Made by a program: the position numbers and the translations under genes. A DNA stretch of 64,000 bases, taken from positions 22,244,708 to 22,308,707 of the forward strand of contig JARFYF010000057.1 of NCBI GenBank assembly GCA_030265395.1, written 5' to 3'. Positions within the stretch are counted from its first letter, which is position 1; each line of letters begins with the position of its first letter. This DNA comes from Rhina ancylostomus (taxonomy: Eukaryota). The notes below the pieces were generated by a model. That model worked only from the letters and a program-made list of their open reading frames with translations, was not told where the DNA came from and did not search any database. Below are positions 24,651 to 38,244 of the stretch, piece by piece.

Positions 24651-26059
24651 TGACAGATTTGACAGCCAATACGCCTGGTGTCAAAGCCATTCAGTGTTGG
24701 AGACAGCCATGTATGTTCTGGGAGGTCACATGCAGCAGTGGGCTGCAGTCAGCTGAGAGGCAGCCTCCTAACAGAAGACTGTATGGGCATCACATTGGTT
24801 CCAGAGCAGATGGCTGGCAAAAGTTAGAAAAGTTACCCTGCCTTGCTAGTCCAGCTCAAATGTGGCTATGCACCCACTTTCAATATACTTACTATAGAAG
24901 CTGAGATGCATTGAACTGATTGACCATCTATCACTTTACTTCTAAAAAGTGGTTGAAGAGAGATTTAAAGCAGTAAGCAATTATAGCATAATTAGAAGCA
25001 CTGGCCGTACAGTTCTGAGCCTGTGCCCTTGCTCAATTGACTCATGGACAACTTCTTCCTTCACCTTCTATATTCCTGCCCTGATCCGCAATCATTCATG
25101 CCCAAGAATCCACCTAGCTGTTCAATTATACAAATCAGTTTTTTTTCAGCATTATGCAATAGGAAACCTCTCTTTTCCCTGAGAAATGACTATTTCAGTC
25201 TATTCTCGCCGAAGAATTTCACCAGGTTCTTCCCCACACTCCTGATGTCATACACAGCTCCTCATTGCCCTAGAGTGACCAACATTGGACGCTCCCAAGA
25301 AAGAAAGTTCTTCCCAACATTCTGCTGGAGAAAACACCCTGTCAGATAAATCCCATACTCCATCTTCCTGACCTCACCCCAACTCCTTCGCAGTTGCCAA
25401 CGATCCCCAATTCCTCTGGTCTTCTGAGGTCCAGAAAACAACCTTGAGATGTCCAAAACCTAATCCCTCAAATGCCTGAGCACTTAGATATGCCCACTAC
25501 CACAACTCCTAACCAAGGTGCTGAAATCCCCAAAGGAGTTCAGGATCTCTAACCCCCCCAAGCTTTGGCACTCACCACTGTAATTCTCAGCCCAATCCCT
25601 TTAACCCCACCTCTCCCACCCTAGCACCAGGGCCCATTACCCCAGTCCCCAGCAACCCCAATAGCACTTGAACCGATCCCTCTCCCTGAGCAGATGCACA
25701 GGCCCCAACCTTTCTCTCTCAGCCTCATCCAACTGCAGTAACAGTCCCTAGGGCCCCCCCAAGTCCAAACCCCTGACCCAACACACTCAATTGAGCCTAC
25801 AGCCATCCCAATCCTGACCTCAGTCCCAACTATAGTGTGTCACTGTTCTGATCCCAAACATGAAATGCCCATCAAGTGCAACTGAACTTTGACTCTGAAG
25901 TTCGCAGCAGATAGTCAACGACTGAAGTGGTCATTGGCATCTTGTTGTAAACCAGTAGGTGCACAAGAATTCCTTGGCCCAGGTGTTTAACACTAGGATC
26001 ACAGAAATATTTTAAATGCATGTTATAATTGCTAAATATCTTGAGTTGCTTCAGAATCT

Positions 26060-26400
26060 AGGCTGACTGCAGTACTGAAGTGCTGCACTTTGAGACATTG
26101 TCTCCTGAATGAGACATTTGTCCTTGGCTCAGTTTACTCTCTCAAGTGGATGTGAAAGATTTGAAGGAACCATTCTGTAGAAGAGCAATCAAGAATTTTC
26201 CCACAGAACTCTAGCCATATTTCTCTCTCAAGCCACTATCATAACATCGGATGGTTTGGTAATTATCACATTACCCATTGGGAATTTGCTATGCATGAAC
26301 TGGCTGCCGCCTTTCCTTCATTTCCAGTCAATACACTTCAAATGTTCCTCATTGGCATTAAAGTGCATCTGCCCATTCCAAAGGATATATAAAGCTCGAG
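26060..26400 (+). mobile_element. Deu-domain SINE remnant
   Basis: gctgactgcagtactgaagtgctgcact ... ttatcacattacccattgggaatttgctatgcatgaactggctgccgcc. Confidence 0.65.
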
Positions 26401-26630
26401 TTGTTATCATGAATAAATTATGGAGTTTTGATTTAAGAGTTATTTTACTAGATAGCAAAATTACAAACTGCTCTTTCCAATATTCCATGCCCATAGTCTT
26501 CAAACAAGACAAAAATGAAAAAATAAGTAGAAATAGCACTAGCTTGCTTCAGCTTCAATACGTTATTATTGGGACTTGGATTGGGAAGAGTAAGAGTAAA
26601 AGTGACATTCCTGAATTTTGAACAAACCAT

Positions 26631-26775
26631 CCAACTATGAGCTCAGTAAATGGAACCAATCCAGCATTCAGATAACATTTGCAGGTCACTGCACTCTAAC
26701 TATAAATGGTATCACAGGCACTGAGAAAGTGAAGGCAGAGAATATTTTTGGACATGCACAAGCATTCCATGTCAA
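26631..26775 (+). repeat. Copy 2 of the diverged ~150-bp direct duplication
   Basis: Colinear with 24502-24650. Confidence 0.85.
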
Positions 26776-27081
26776 AGTGATTGGTCCTTTAATCTCAAGG
26801 TTGTATTTTGGCCTTGCACGTCTCAGGTATTTACTCTTAACAATACCTGCTGTTTTTGGAAGTTAACTATCCCAAGTAATTTAGCTATGCAATTCAACCA
26901 CTGTTAGCCCAATCAAGAATTACATACTTGACATTCATTCAACATACGATTTTCCTTTTCCTGGTAGGAGGGGGAGGGGGANNNNNNNNNNNNNNNNNNN
27001 NNNNNNNNNNNNNNNNNNNNNNNNNNNNNNNNNNNNNNNNNNNNNNNNNNNNNNNNNNNNNNNNNNNNNNNNNNNNNNNNN

Positions 27082-27780
27082 CCTAGTTCCAGAACCCACC
27101 TCCCCCTCTCTACGCCAACCCTGGGCTCCAGAACCCAGCCGTCTCTCCGCGCCCGAAACCCGTGTCTTTCTCTCTCTCTCTCTCTCTACCCCAGAGCCAG
27201 GTTCAAGGATCCCTCCGTCCCTGCAGCCTGGGTCCCAGAACCCATCTCCCTCCCTCGTGTACTTTGCTTTGGTCGCCCTGTTTTGAGAATGAATTGGTAA
27301 GTCAGCGGAAGGGCTGATGTGATGCTGCCAGGACAGAGGCCGGCCCGGAGTTATTGGGAGAGGTCGGGCTCGGACTTGACTCCCTGGACCGGAGAGGAGT
27401 GAGGGGTGACCTTAGAGAGGTGTTTAAAATTATAAGCTGGACAGTAACAATCTTTTTCTCCCCCAGAAGCAGTGAGAAAGCAGAAGGGGACCTGAGGGGC
27501 AAATTTTGCCACCCAGAGGGCGGTCCATACGTGGAACGAGCTGCCGGGGGGGGGGGGGGGGGGGAGGCAGGTACAACGGAATCATTTAAGAGGCACTTGG
27601 GTCGGTACATGGAGGGAGATTGGGATTGGCTGGGTGGGCGCCGGGGTTGGCACGGACTGGTTGGGCTGAAGGGCCTGTATCCGGGCTGGATTCCCCGTGC
27701 GTCCTGGTCTGAACCACGCCGCACGTCTCCGGGCCCAGTCCCCGTCTCGAACCTGTCTCACGGGGAGGGGGAGGGGGATT
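27082..27780. promoter_or_regulatory. GC/CpG-rich island beside an assembly gap; candidate promoter region
   Basis: Many CpGs in an otherwise CpG-depleted window; C-rich then G-rich skew; repeated ccagaaccca; (CT)n and poly-G tracts. Confidence 0.4.
27303..27690 (+). mobile_element. GC-rich CR1 3' fragment
   Basis: LGLDSLDRRGVRGDLREVFKII and FKRHLGRYM; gttgggctgaagggcctgt tail. Confidence 0.75.
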
Positions 27781-28129
27781 GATTAATTTCTTTTACGATT
27801 TCTGCCTCTTGCTTTATCATAGCCAGTGTTAGCATACACGATGCAAGTTAATAATCTAAGCTCCAAAGATTTAACATCAATGAGAGGAATCACTCAGCCA
27901 CTGAGTGAAGAGAAACACATTTTAAATAAACATTTGCAATATTATACTCACAGTAGGAAATAGTAATTATCTGAAAATATCTGCTCTAGCCAAAGCAGAT
28001 GTTTCTGAACACTAACCTGCCACCTCTCTCAACTGATGCCAAGAGGTATGATGCCTGCTTTGTGCATTTCTAGCCCGTTTCCAATATTCAGCGGAGACAG
28101 ATGATCACTCCTCTTGATATCATCAAATC

Positions 28130-28545
28130 AAGGAAGACTAGCCTATCATTGCAGGAATTTAGAAAAGTGAGTAGTAATCCAATTGAAACCTAGACCCTGA
28201 GAGTAAATCACAATGTAGATAGAAAGATGCTATTTCCACTGGCTGGAGAAATCAGACTGAGGACTGAAGCTCAGGAGAAAGGCATCAGCCATTCAGCTTT
28301 GAAAAGGTAAAGAAATTTCTCATGCAGAAGGTTGACAAAGCATTGCGAATGCTCTGCCTCAGTGGGCAGCTGATGCTCATTCATTGGGTACACTCCTGGC
28401 TGAAATCAAAAGTGTTTTGGACACTAAGGGAAAGACAAACTGTGGGATTAAACAGGAGAGTATACTTGGGTACAGAATCAACTATGATTTTACTCAATGG
28501 CATTGTAGGCTTGAGACACCGCATTACGCACTCCTGTTTCTAATC
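28130..28545 (+). mobile_element. Old CR1 3' fragment
   Basis: gaatttagaaaagtgagtagtaatccaattgaaacc, gatgctatttccactggctggagaa; tail ctcctgtttctaat. Confidence 0.55.
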
Positions 28546-29284
28546 CTTATGCTCTTAAATAAATGAGCTGAAGATAATTTTTCTTGTCTCGTCAGGATTA
28601 AAATTTGGATGCTGTAATGCAAAGCTGGAAAGGCTTAGACAGAAGAGATAATTAATCTTGGCTATTCACAAAGGTATCACATTTCACTATATCATTAACC
28701 ATTCAACAGCAGGCCGACATTTCCAGGATGATACTTACTTTTGGAAAAGACAGATAGCACAATGGGTTTCTGTTTCCAATCTATCGCATGTTTGTTAATA
28801 CCCTCAAGGTTACCAGTGCCTCAATTAATGTAAAGCAGAAATTAATGATTAAATATGTTGCATTCACAATTTCTCCTTTGTGCAATATTCCAAGTAGACA
28901 TTGCATCAGATTATCCACTGAAAACAATCTCACCCATCTGCACAAGTATCCTTGTTTGCTTTCCACATACTTAGTTGGTAAATTCACAAGTTCACATGAA
29001 GCTGATGCACAGAAATGAGGAATGAGGTGTCAAAATTTTAAATAGATTCACACAATTCCATGGTGCATTTCAAACAATCTGTGAAGGAAAAGTTGGCTTA
29101 TCTATGTGAAGCAGCTAACTTTTATCAGAACAGAAAAAATAAATCACACTATGGCCTGGTTGGGCTGTTATTTTGTTTTGTTCCGTGCCCATTTGGAACA
29201 GTACCAAAATTGTTATTGTTCACCCTCTGACCTAGATTGGTCAGGCACACCACTTCCAAATGTATCCATTCTCAGTAGATAAAC

Positions 29285-30530
29285 CAAGATTTATTTGGAA
29301 AGGCAAGAATTAGGAATATTCAACATGGCTTTGTGGATGGAAAATCACGGCTCACAAATCTGATAGAGTTTTTTTTGAAGAGGTAACCTGGAGGATTAAT
29401 AAGGGCAGGGTGGGAGATGTTCTCTACATGGAATTTAGGCAGTCGTTTGACAAGATCCCACTTGGGAAGCTGGTCCAGAAGGTGAGATCACGTAGGATCC
29501 AGGGTGAGCTAGCCAATTGTATACATAATTGACTTGGAAGGAGTTGGAGGGTGGTAGAGAAAGGTTGATTTTCAGAATTGAGCCTTGTGACCGTTGGTTT
29601 GCTGCAAGGCTTGGTGCTAGGTCCCCTATCGTACATAGAATTTAGATGACTATGTTGTTAACCTGGTTAATAAATTTGCAGATGATACCAAAATTGGTGG
29701 TGTGGTGGACAGCGAAGAAAGTTAGCTAAGGTTACAACAGGATCTAGATTAACTGGGAAAGCAAGCAAAGGAATGGCATATGGAATTTAACTCAGCCAAG
29801 TGTGAAGTGATGCATTTTTGGAAGTTAAACCAGGGCAGGACAAACAGAGTGAATGACAGGGCCCTGGGGAGTGTTTTAGAACAGAGAGGCCAGGCGGAAC
29901 AAGCAGACAGCTCCCTGAAAGTGGTGACACAGGTGGGCAAGGTGGTATATGGCAGGCTTGCCTTCATCAGACAGGGCATTGAATTCAAGAGCTGGGACAT
30001 AAATGTTACAGCTGTACAAGACATTGGCGAGGCTACACCTGGAATACTGCATGCAGTTTTAGTTGCCATACTATAGGAAGGATGGGATTAAGCTAGAGAG
30101 GGTGCAGACAAGTTCCACAAGGATGTTGCTGGGACTGGAGTTATGAGGAGAGCGTGGATAGACTGGGACCATTTTCCCTGGCGCAAAAGGAGGTTGAGGG
30201 GTGACCTCAGAGGTTTGTACAATCATGAGAGACATAGATAAGGTGGAAGGTCACTATATTTCTCCCAGGGTAAGTGAGTCTAAAACTATAGGGCATAGGT
30301 TTAAGGTGAGAAGGGAAAGATCTCAAAAGGGACCTGGGAGGCAAGTATTTCCCCCCCACACAGAGGGTGGTAGGTGTATGGAATAAACCACCAGTGGTAG
30401 TGGTACAGTAACAACATTTAAAAGACATTTGGATAGGTACATGGTGAGAAAAGGGATATGGGCCAAAAAGGTAGGCAAATGAAGGCATCTTGGTCACATG
30501 GACAAACATTACCTGTGCTGCATAACACCA
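29285..30530 (+). mobile_element. CR1 LINE, RT region to 3' end, degenerate
   Basis: caacatggctttgtg (QHGF), aaatttgcagatgataccaaaattggtgg (KFADDTKIG), MEFNSAKCEVMHF, GHRFKVR. Confidence 0.92.
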
Positions 30531-30944
30531 TCAGCCAAATGGCCTTACCCTTCTGTCATTATCTCACCTTCCACCTTTCCAAAGTAATTAAAATGCTGAA
30601 TGGCAAAGGGTTAGAAACTCACTGAATTTGTCCACTGGCAACACCTGACTTTGCCCTCTGAAAAGGAAGACTTCCATTGCTACGGCTCCTACATTCAATG
30701 TGCTTCCTCCTTCAAGGTCCATGCATAGTAGACAAGTCCCTTCCTCTTCAATCTACCCTTGAGGAAGCAATATACTGTGGGGAGGATGGAGTAAGGAGGG
30801 TGAAGTTCTGTTGGTCTAGCAAACATTAGAAAAGTGTAACATTAAAGGCACCATCCAAGAAGATGAGCACCTCAAACCCATTAATCCATGTATTCCATTA
30901 AGGGTGTAGAAGAGTTCCCCATCCCACTGAACTACAGGAGATAG

Positions 30945-31320
30945 GATGGTGGTAACTGCACTTTTGCAGCTAGCTTTACTGGATTAGTAGTCGAAGTTCA
31001 GGACCATTGATCCAGGCACATGCATCCCAAAAGGGGCAGTTGGGGCATTTAAATTCAGATAATTTAAAAAGAATTTGCAGAATTAAAAGCTACTCTCAGT
31101 AATATTAACTACGAAGTTGACAGATTGTCTTAAAAACCCATCTTGTTCACTAATGTTCTTCAGGGAGGCATTCTTTTGCCCTTTTCTGGTTTGGCCCAAT
31201 CAACTCCAGACTCGCCAATGCAGTGGATGCTCAACTACCTTTTTAGTTCAGGGGCAACTAGGCACGGACAACTAATGCTGGCGTTTACCAGCAACATCCA
31301 TGTTCTGCAAATGTGTATAA
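30945..31320 (+). mobile_element. tRNA-derived SINE (family of 19955-20332)
   Basis: actggattagtagtc head, cagattgtcttaaaaacccatcttgttcactaatg core, ggacaactaatgctggc tail. Confidence 0.65.
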
Positions 31321-34300
31321 AGAGGAAAACAACATTTAGAGTCGATTCCCCTACCGCAATCCTCCCATTTGCCCAGATGACAGTTACTACCATTAGAATG
31401 TGGTTTTGTGGATACTGGGGCAAGAACCCTGTTGTTACTGAGTTTTTTTTTACATTGAAGATTCATTGTGTCTGTAAAATTGTAGCTTCTCAAACTCCAC
31501 TCTCATTTTGTGTGTTAAGTGCTTGGTTTTATGCATCACTTGGAAGCAAACCAACATGTAATGTAGTCATTATACTTCAGCACTTAAACCAGAGACTTAT
31601 GGTGTACAACCATCAATTACTTCTGGTAAAACAACCAATTGAAGTTAACTGTGAACTTTAGGAAATTAACTGAAATTTAAACCTCAACTTTGCTTCAGTT
31701 AAGTCAGAGGTCACAAACAGATGTCAACTGCTGCTCAATGCTAAGCAAATTAACATTATTGCATGGTGCATTTTGAACAATTTTTGAGAGGTGGTGTGGG
31801 GGAATTGGCTTTAACATGAATCAGTCAACTTCAAATCGGAAAACAAATAATTATGCCGTGCCTGGCCAGGGTGGGTTTTTCATTGGCAGTCTTCCAAATG
31901 GACTGGCAAGTAGTTATTGTTTACCCTCAGACCCAGACTGCGGTCAAAGAGTCCAGATTCTGAATGTATTATGGATCAAGCAAAATGGCTGTACTCCTCT
32001 GCAGTTATCTCGTCTCCTACCTTTCAAATGTAATTAAAATACTTAAATAATTAAATTTAAATAATTATAATACTTAAAGACAAAGGGTTAGAAATTTACC
32101 TCTTGCAGAGCCACACAGCAGGCAGTATTGAACCAACCACATGTCATACACAGGGCCTGATATTTATTTCCACTGAGCTGACCCAGCTCAACTATCCTGC
32201 CCTGGTGCTGGGCACTGGTGGCAAACCTCAGTGAGGGCCATATTTGTGATGTGGAAGCAAAGAAGGTGATTATGAGCAACCAACCTCCAGCATTTAAAAA
32301 AGAGATGAGATGGAGAGAATGAGGTGCTCAATCCCAAAAGCTTGAATAGGATTGAAGAATTCCTCACACATTGCAGCACTATACCCTCATCAGCATCATT
32401 TGGTTAATTCTCTACAATCCACTCCAACACAACATGTGGTCCCCTCTGGATCGGGAAATCAAAATTAGGTGGCCACTTTACTAATCATCTGTTAGCAGGT
32501 CCCTAAGCTCCTGCAGTTTGCCACTTGAACCTCCCCTCCTTATTACACTATGACCTTGGCAATCAGTCAGATGCTACTCTGATATAGTTCAAGCCTAGCT
32601 TTAAGAATAATGCTTCATATTTCTCTTAGAAACCCTATGGTCTGAATACTGACTTCCACCACTACCTAGTTTTTTGGACTTCTCTAAACTTATAGAAGCT
32701 AAGAGAAACTAAGCAATCTCTCTCAATAAATGCAGAGTGTAGAATGAGTGAAGGAAAACTACATACAAACTGTGTGTATGAAGTGAGTCATCAGCAGCAC
32801 TGTGATCCCAGCTTGAATAGCACATATTATCCAATCTTCATGCCAACTTGAACTGTGTGGCCAATATATACAGCCATTCTATGCTTTAAGTTTTATTCAT
32901 CTTTTATTGCTTCAATGTCTGTGTTTCTGCTTGTAAAGAAATTGCTGCAATATCCCACAACACCACCACTAAGAATAAAATTCTTCCCTTTTTCCGAGTA
33001 TATTTATAGACCTGCTTTCATATCTCTTAGCTCTGAAGGTTTTGTACTCGAAATGTCTCTCTACTATACACACATTGACTGACGTACTGGGAACAATTTT
33101 AACTATCCCATGAGGAAGCTGGCAGGATTGGGCACAATGTGAGTGTTGCTATGGTGATACTTAGAGGACCAGCCTGAGCTCATCCCAGCCTGTTGCGTCC
33201 GACACTGGGAGCAAGAAACTGGAAAACTACAGTGCTAGTAAAAGGAATAAGCAGATAGATAAGTGATGGCCAGAACAGACATTGTTGACGAAGGGCCTGT
33301 TTTTGTGCTGTATGTCTCCATGATTCTATATACCAAGTGCAAGTAGATTCCTTTTAAGCTAAAAATGTACCTCTCCTTACAGCTCTACTTGAACCCTCCC
33401 TTGGACATCCTGAATAACCCCAACCATCTGAGTCTTTCCCACTTCAACCCCCAGTGAGCTGGTCTCAAGTCCTTGCCGTTTGCCTTTGCTCACTCTTAAG
33501 TTGTAGAAGAAAGGTTTGTGTGAGAGTTAAACCGACAAGGTCTGTTTAATTATCCTTGTGTGCAACTGAGCTTCACAATATATACAAAACAAAATTGTGC
33601 TTGCTTAATACACAAGCCATTCCCACCATGGAAGAATTTTTAGGCTGAGGCAAATCTACTTTGGAACTACCTTAAAATATTAAGGAGCTTGCAGAACCAA
33701 TGTGGTTTTATAGTCAGAAGTCAGGACTGCTGCAGGAAAAACGAGGTGAAAAAAGGCAAATAGGAATAGTAGCAGAATTCAAATGGAAATATCCCAGAGG
33801 TATAATGATATATGTGGTAAACATTTTCTTTTGCATCACAGGGTGCACAGGTCATCTTGTAAGAAAGACTGACGATGTCCAGGAAACACACAAACCTAAA
33901 ATGTAAGCACTGTCATATATTGGCAGCCGGNNNNNNNNNNCCCCCCCCCCCCCCCCCCGGTTGGCTGATCACTGGGGAAGAGAGGGCAAGAAACAGCACA
34001 TCCTTCGGACAGTTAGCCACTGTCAACAGTATTGTAATCAAAAAGGCTGCTAAGATTATTGTAAATATTTCCTGCACAGAAGTAGTTACTGATCTTTTGC
34101 ATCCCAATGGATTCACTTGGCACAGACCTTAACTTGGTCTTTGCAAGATTTGTGGAGTAGATCAAAACCTTCCCCCCCTCCCCCGGGACCAAGGAGCAGT
34201 TTGGGCTACGTGGCGTAATTGCCATNNNNNNNNNNNNNNNNNNNNNNNNNNNNNNNNNNNNNNNNNNNNNNNNNNNNNNNNNNNNNNNNNNNNNNNNNNN

Positions 34301-37300
34301 NNNNNNNNNNNNNNNNNNNNNNNNNGTGGCGTAATTGCCATGGTGGGAAAATGAAGACATCCCTTTTATAATGTTCTGCCACATAGTCTAAAAGTTCCAA
34401 TCTACATGGAATGATAACAAAAGACACAAGTTGGTATCCCTTGACTGACAGCCAAAATTCTTACTCTCATTATTCACTGAACACTTACTCACAGATATCA
34501 TCCAGTGATATGTTGCAAGACAATGAGGAGCTGAGCCTGGAAGTCAGACATGCAGCCTCCCTCCACTTCTTCAGTGTGGACACATTTTACATGACCCTTC
34601 AAAGGTGATTAAATTTACATTCCCACAAACCTCCGCTCCTGCAGACTGGTTAGGAAGGTGAAAGTAATTTTATATCAAGATGTCAGTGTACATACAGATG
34701 CTGATCAGATTGGTAATTCATCACTGATTAACACTTTGCAAAGTGCAGAAAGGGTCAGCTGCTGAAATAGTAATATCAATCATGGGCCAAGTCACCTGAC
34801 CTTAACAGTGGATGCAAGGCACAAGAAACAATGGAAGATGACTACGTGGCTGATCATTGTCAAAGACTACAGAGATACCAGAGCAGGTTAAGGCAACAGC
34901 ATCAGAGTTAACATTGTTTGTGGCTTTAGTAAGTGTATTTCAAGACTCAGAGAGCAAATAACCCAATTGGAGAGCTTCAAAGGATGAGCACTCGCTGAGG
35001 TGACACAACACCGTTGGAAGGAGTGCTTCTGAGACTCAACATTACTTTTAAGGAAGGGGTAAGGGCTTTTATATTTGGCTCGGGTGAAAGCCCTAAACAT
35101 CTCTGCATGATAATCGAGCCTCCTTAAAATGTCCCCACTGTGGATCAGATGGGCAGTGCTCACAGCAAAGTCAGGTTGAGGATTCAAGTCTCAATCCAGA
35201 GACTCAAGCCCAATATTCTAGGCCGACACTCCAGTGTGGTACCGAGGGAGTGCTGGACAGTCATATTGGAGGAATTTGTGACTGATCTACTTTTATTTTT
35301 CCCCTTGCGATGGTGATCAGCATCTGTACAACACAGAGGCCCACATGCTATGCACATTTTAGTTGCTTTCTGTTCTGCTTGTATAACGCTACAGAAACCC
35401 AGTTTTGTCTTCTTGAGGACAACAAGCCTGACTTTTGCCTGTTGTCCTTTCACCTGAGGCACTGTCAGCCTGCAATTTCTGTATGAGCACATCCACAAAC
35501 TAGCAAATTGCAAAGTGGCCATGTGGTCACACAAGGCACTAAATGCAGTCAAACTCACCCTCACACAGATATAAACAACATGGAGGAAATATGGAATCCA
35601 ATGCCTGCTCCTCCATGTTAGAAAGAGGACAGGTACAGAAGTAACTGGATTTATCTTTGCTAGAAATAGTGCATCTCAATAAAAATTTTTGGACAACCTT
35701 ATCACTCAAGTGTATCAACATTTGTGCAAATGTTTTAGTTAGCTGCTATTTCCATTTGCTGTGCTTTCCACTGGTGCGCTGTGAATAGCTGGACTTCTCT
35801 CTTCTGTAAAAGCAAGTAGGTTGCCAAGAGCAAAGAGAAGACTGGCAGCTTTTGAATTTAAAAAGTTGCAAGTGTATAGTCATAAAGTGGGTATTCAACC
35901 CTGATCAGGGAGTGGTTTCAATCTATCTGGTTACTACTCCACCTAATCCACTTGCACCCAAATCACAACAACGTAATAGGTCAAGAAGCATGTGACCTGC
36001 AGCATGTTTTGGGAGTTTGGAATCAGAGGGAAAATGATCTGAAGGCAGCAGAGTAAAGAACAAAAGCTGCTTTCCTTCGACAGGTGGCTGTTTCTTTAAT
36101 GCTGCACTGTGACTCACTTTTAATAACGTAGGTGGCCTGATAATAGCAATGACATCTAAACCTTTGGCTACTCCTAAAACACACATCTTATTAAGATGAG
36201 ACATCACATTTTTGGTTCAAAACAGTAGCCAATTAACAGTTTCCTATATGCAAATACAAGGACACCAAGCCATTTCCTTACCCTACATACAGAAGATTAA
36301 GCCATGTACATTAATCATGAAATTGTAATTCCCGACCCTGCCCATTGTGAGGGAATCCTCTGCTGCACCCATTTCTATGAAGGAAGATTTGCATTTAGAT
36401 GATGTTTTCATGGCCTCACTTTTCTTTAACAAAGCATGGCCACCGTTGCATTGTAGATTTGCAGCAGCTAAGTTGCACACAGCAACAACCCACAAATGAT
36501 CAAGTCACTTGTTTGTCTAGTGATAGGGTTTAGAGATAAATATTAACTTAGAAGAAACAGCTCACTAAAATTAAACACTTAGTAGGTGCGGTCATCAGGC
36601 AATAAATAGCAGGTTGGGCAAGGAAGGATTTTTTAAAAATGCCTTAATTAACTGTTAATTTACCTCAAACTGTTTCAGCCATCACCTGTGGGTCAATGGG
36701 ATTAGTATAGATAGATACTTGATTGGCATGGACATGCTGGGCTTAAAAGCACCCCTTTTTGTGCTGTGTGACTATGAGCAGCAGACATTAACCCAATATC
36801 CTTTGCCTGCCACAGGAGGCAGCCAGAGTCAGTCTAGAACTGGAGACCAAAGTATTTTCCCCCACTAACAATGCACACTCAGTGCCTCTGCTCTGAGTGC
36901 CTCTGAACAGTGGCACGAAAACAGTGCCTCTAAACAGGGCCTCTGCAATGTTTTATGTTTTATCACCATTAAGCTCCTCTGAGGATCTGGTGATAAAAAC
37001 ATTGCCCCTACACAAGGCTCCTGCAAGATCATCTTTAGACCTGCAGGAACTATGGAGTTTTATCTTTTCCCACAGAATGTTTTATTTTTGATGTTAGCAG
37101 TGAACAAACTGAACTTTAATCTTGAAAGCTGTACTTTAAACCACACATCTCATATGTCATCCAAGCAACTCCATTGACAGGCAAAATCCATTAATCACTG
37201 AGCTGCTTTTAGCAGGACAATGGATGTTTAAATAACTAACATTTTTGCCTCAAGAAAGACAAAGATAGAACTTTCATGAGCACTGTCTGATATCTCCTCC

Positions 37301-38244
37301 CTGGACTGTGTGCAGGCATACCTATCTCATTCTATTGGTTGAAAAGTCTCACTATTCAGCTTCACATTAAGAGGAATGGCTATCTGACTGGGATGGTGGG
37401 TACATGGTCCCTCTGCAATCGTTGCCTGAAAACATGTAGACAGCAATCAGAAAACAGGAGCAAGTTTAAGATTTCTGCATGAAATACTCTTCATTTGGGC
37501 AGAGTAAAGCAGGATCAGAGCCCTGCACAGGAGTTCAATTCTGGCCCGTTTTGGGAGCATGCACCACATGAAGAGTTTAATAATTACTGGGAGAGGCCTA
37601 ATGTCCATACAAATTGCATGCATTTCCATTAAATGCTTGCTCAGCCTGCAAAGCCCATATCCCTTGAATAAGTAAAATTCTCAATGAGCATTTATGGTTC
37701 TGCATTAAGAGTCCCAGAGGCAGTACAGAAAAATCACTCATCCCAACCCCTTCCCAGCCTACACTACACACACACACAAAGCTTCTTCTTTAGCTTGACA
37801 ATGTACCTTGCCGCACCCCCCCACCCATTACGATGGAAAAGTCATTGATACAAAACATCCACCCTCCTTCCCCTCTCCACAGATGCTAAATTAAAAGGCC
37901 TCTAACTAGCTTTTCCCTTGATACGACTTCAACACAAACCAGCGAGTCTTTCCTAATTAGCAGGTCAATTTTATCCTTCAACTATCATCACTAAAAGTGC
38001 AGATTACCTGCTCATCAACTGGGATTGAGCAGTGAGCAGACTACTACAATTCCTTTTTTTACAACATTGGCTTCACAAAACATTGTCACGGTTGTGAAAG
38101 GCATTATGCAAATGCAAATTTATTTTTCCTCTTCTCCCTACAGGATTAGAAGGGAAAACTTGTTGATTTATGATGAAGGGAAGTGGTTTGTTGCAGCAAG
38201 TGATCATTCTGTACTGCATTTTAATGTAGATCCATTATGCTCAT

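Noticed and set aside
17980-27000. Possible second, mutually exclusive exon 2 as in PLPP1
   Set aside because: No second GFxCxDxSIxYP-like exon was seen by eye; tBLASTn would be needed to exclude it.
34210-34341. gtggcgtaattgccat repeated on both sides of a gap
   Set aside because: Could be an overlap artefact or the TSD of an unassembled insert; it cannot be resolved from this sequence.
34485-34590. Double donor T|GTGAGTAAGT after ...SLDDI, considered as PLPP2 exon 1
   Set aside because: No in-frame ATG before the upstream stop, and no real similarity to the LPP N-terminus.
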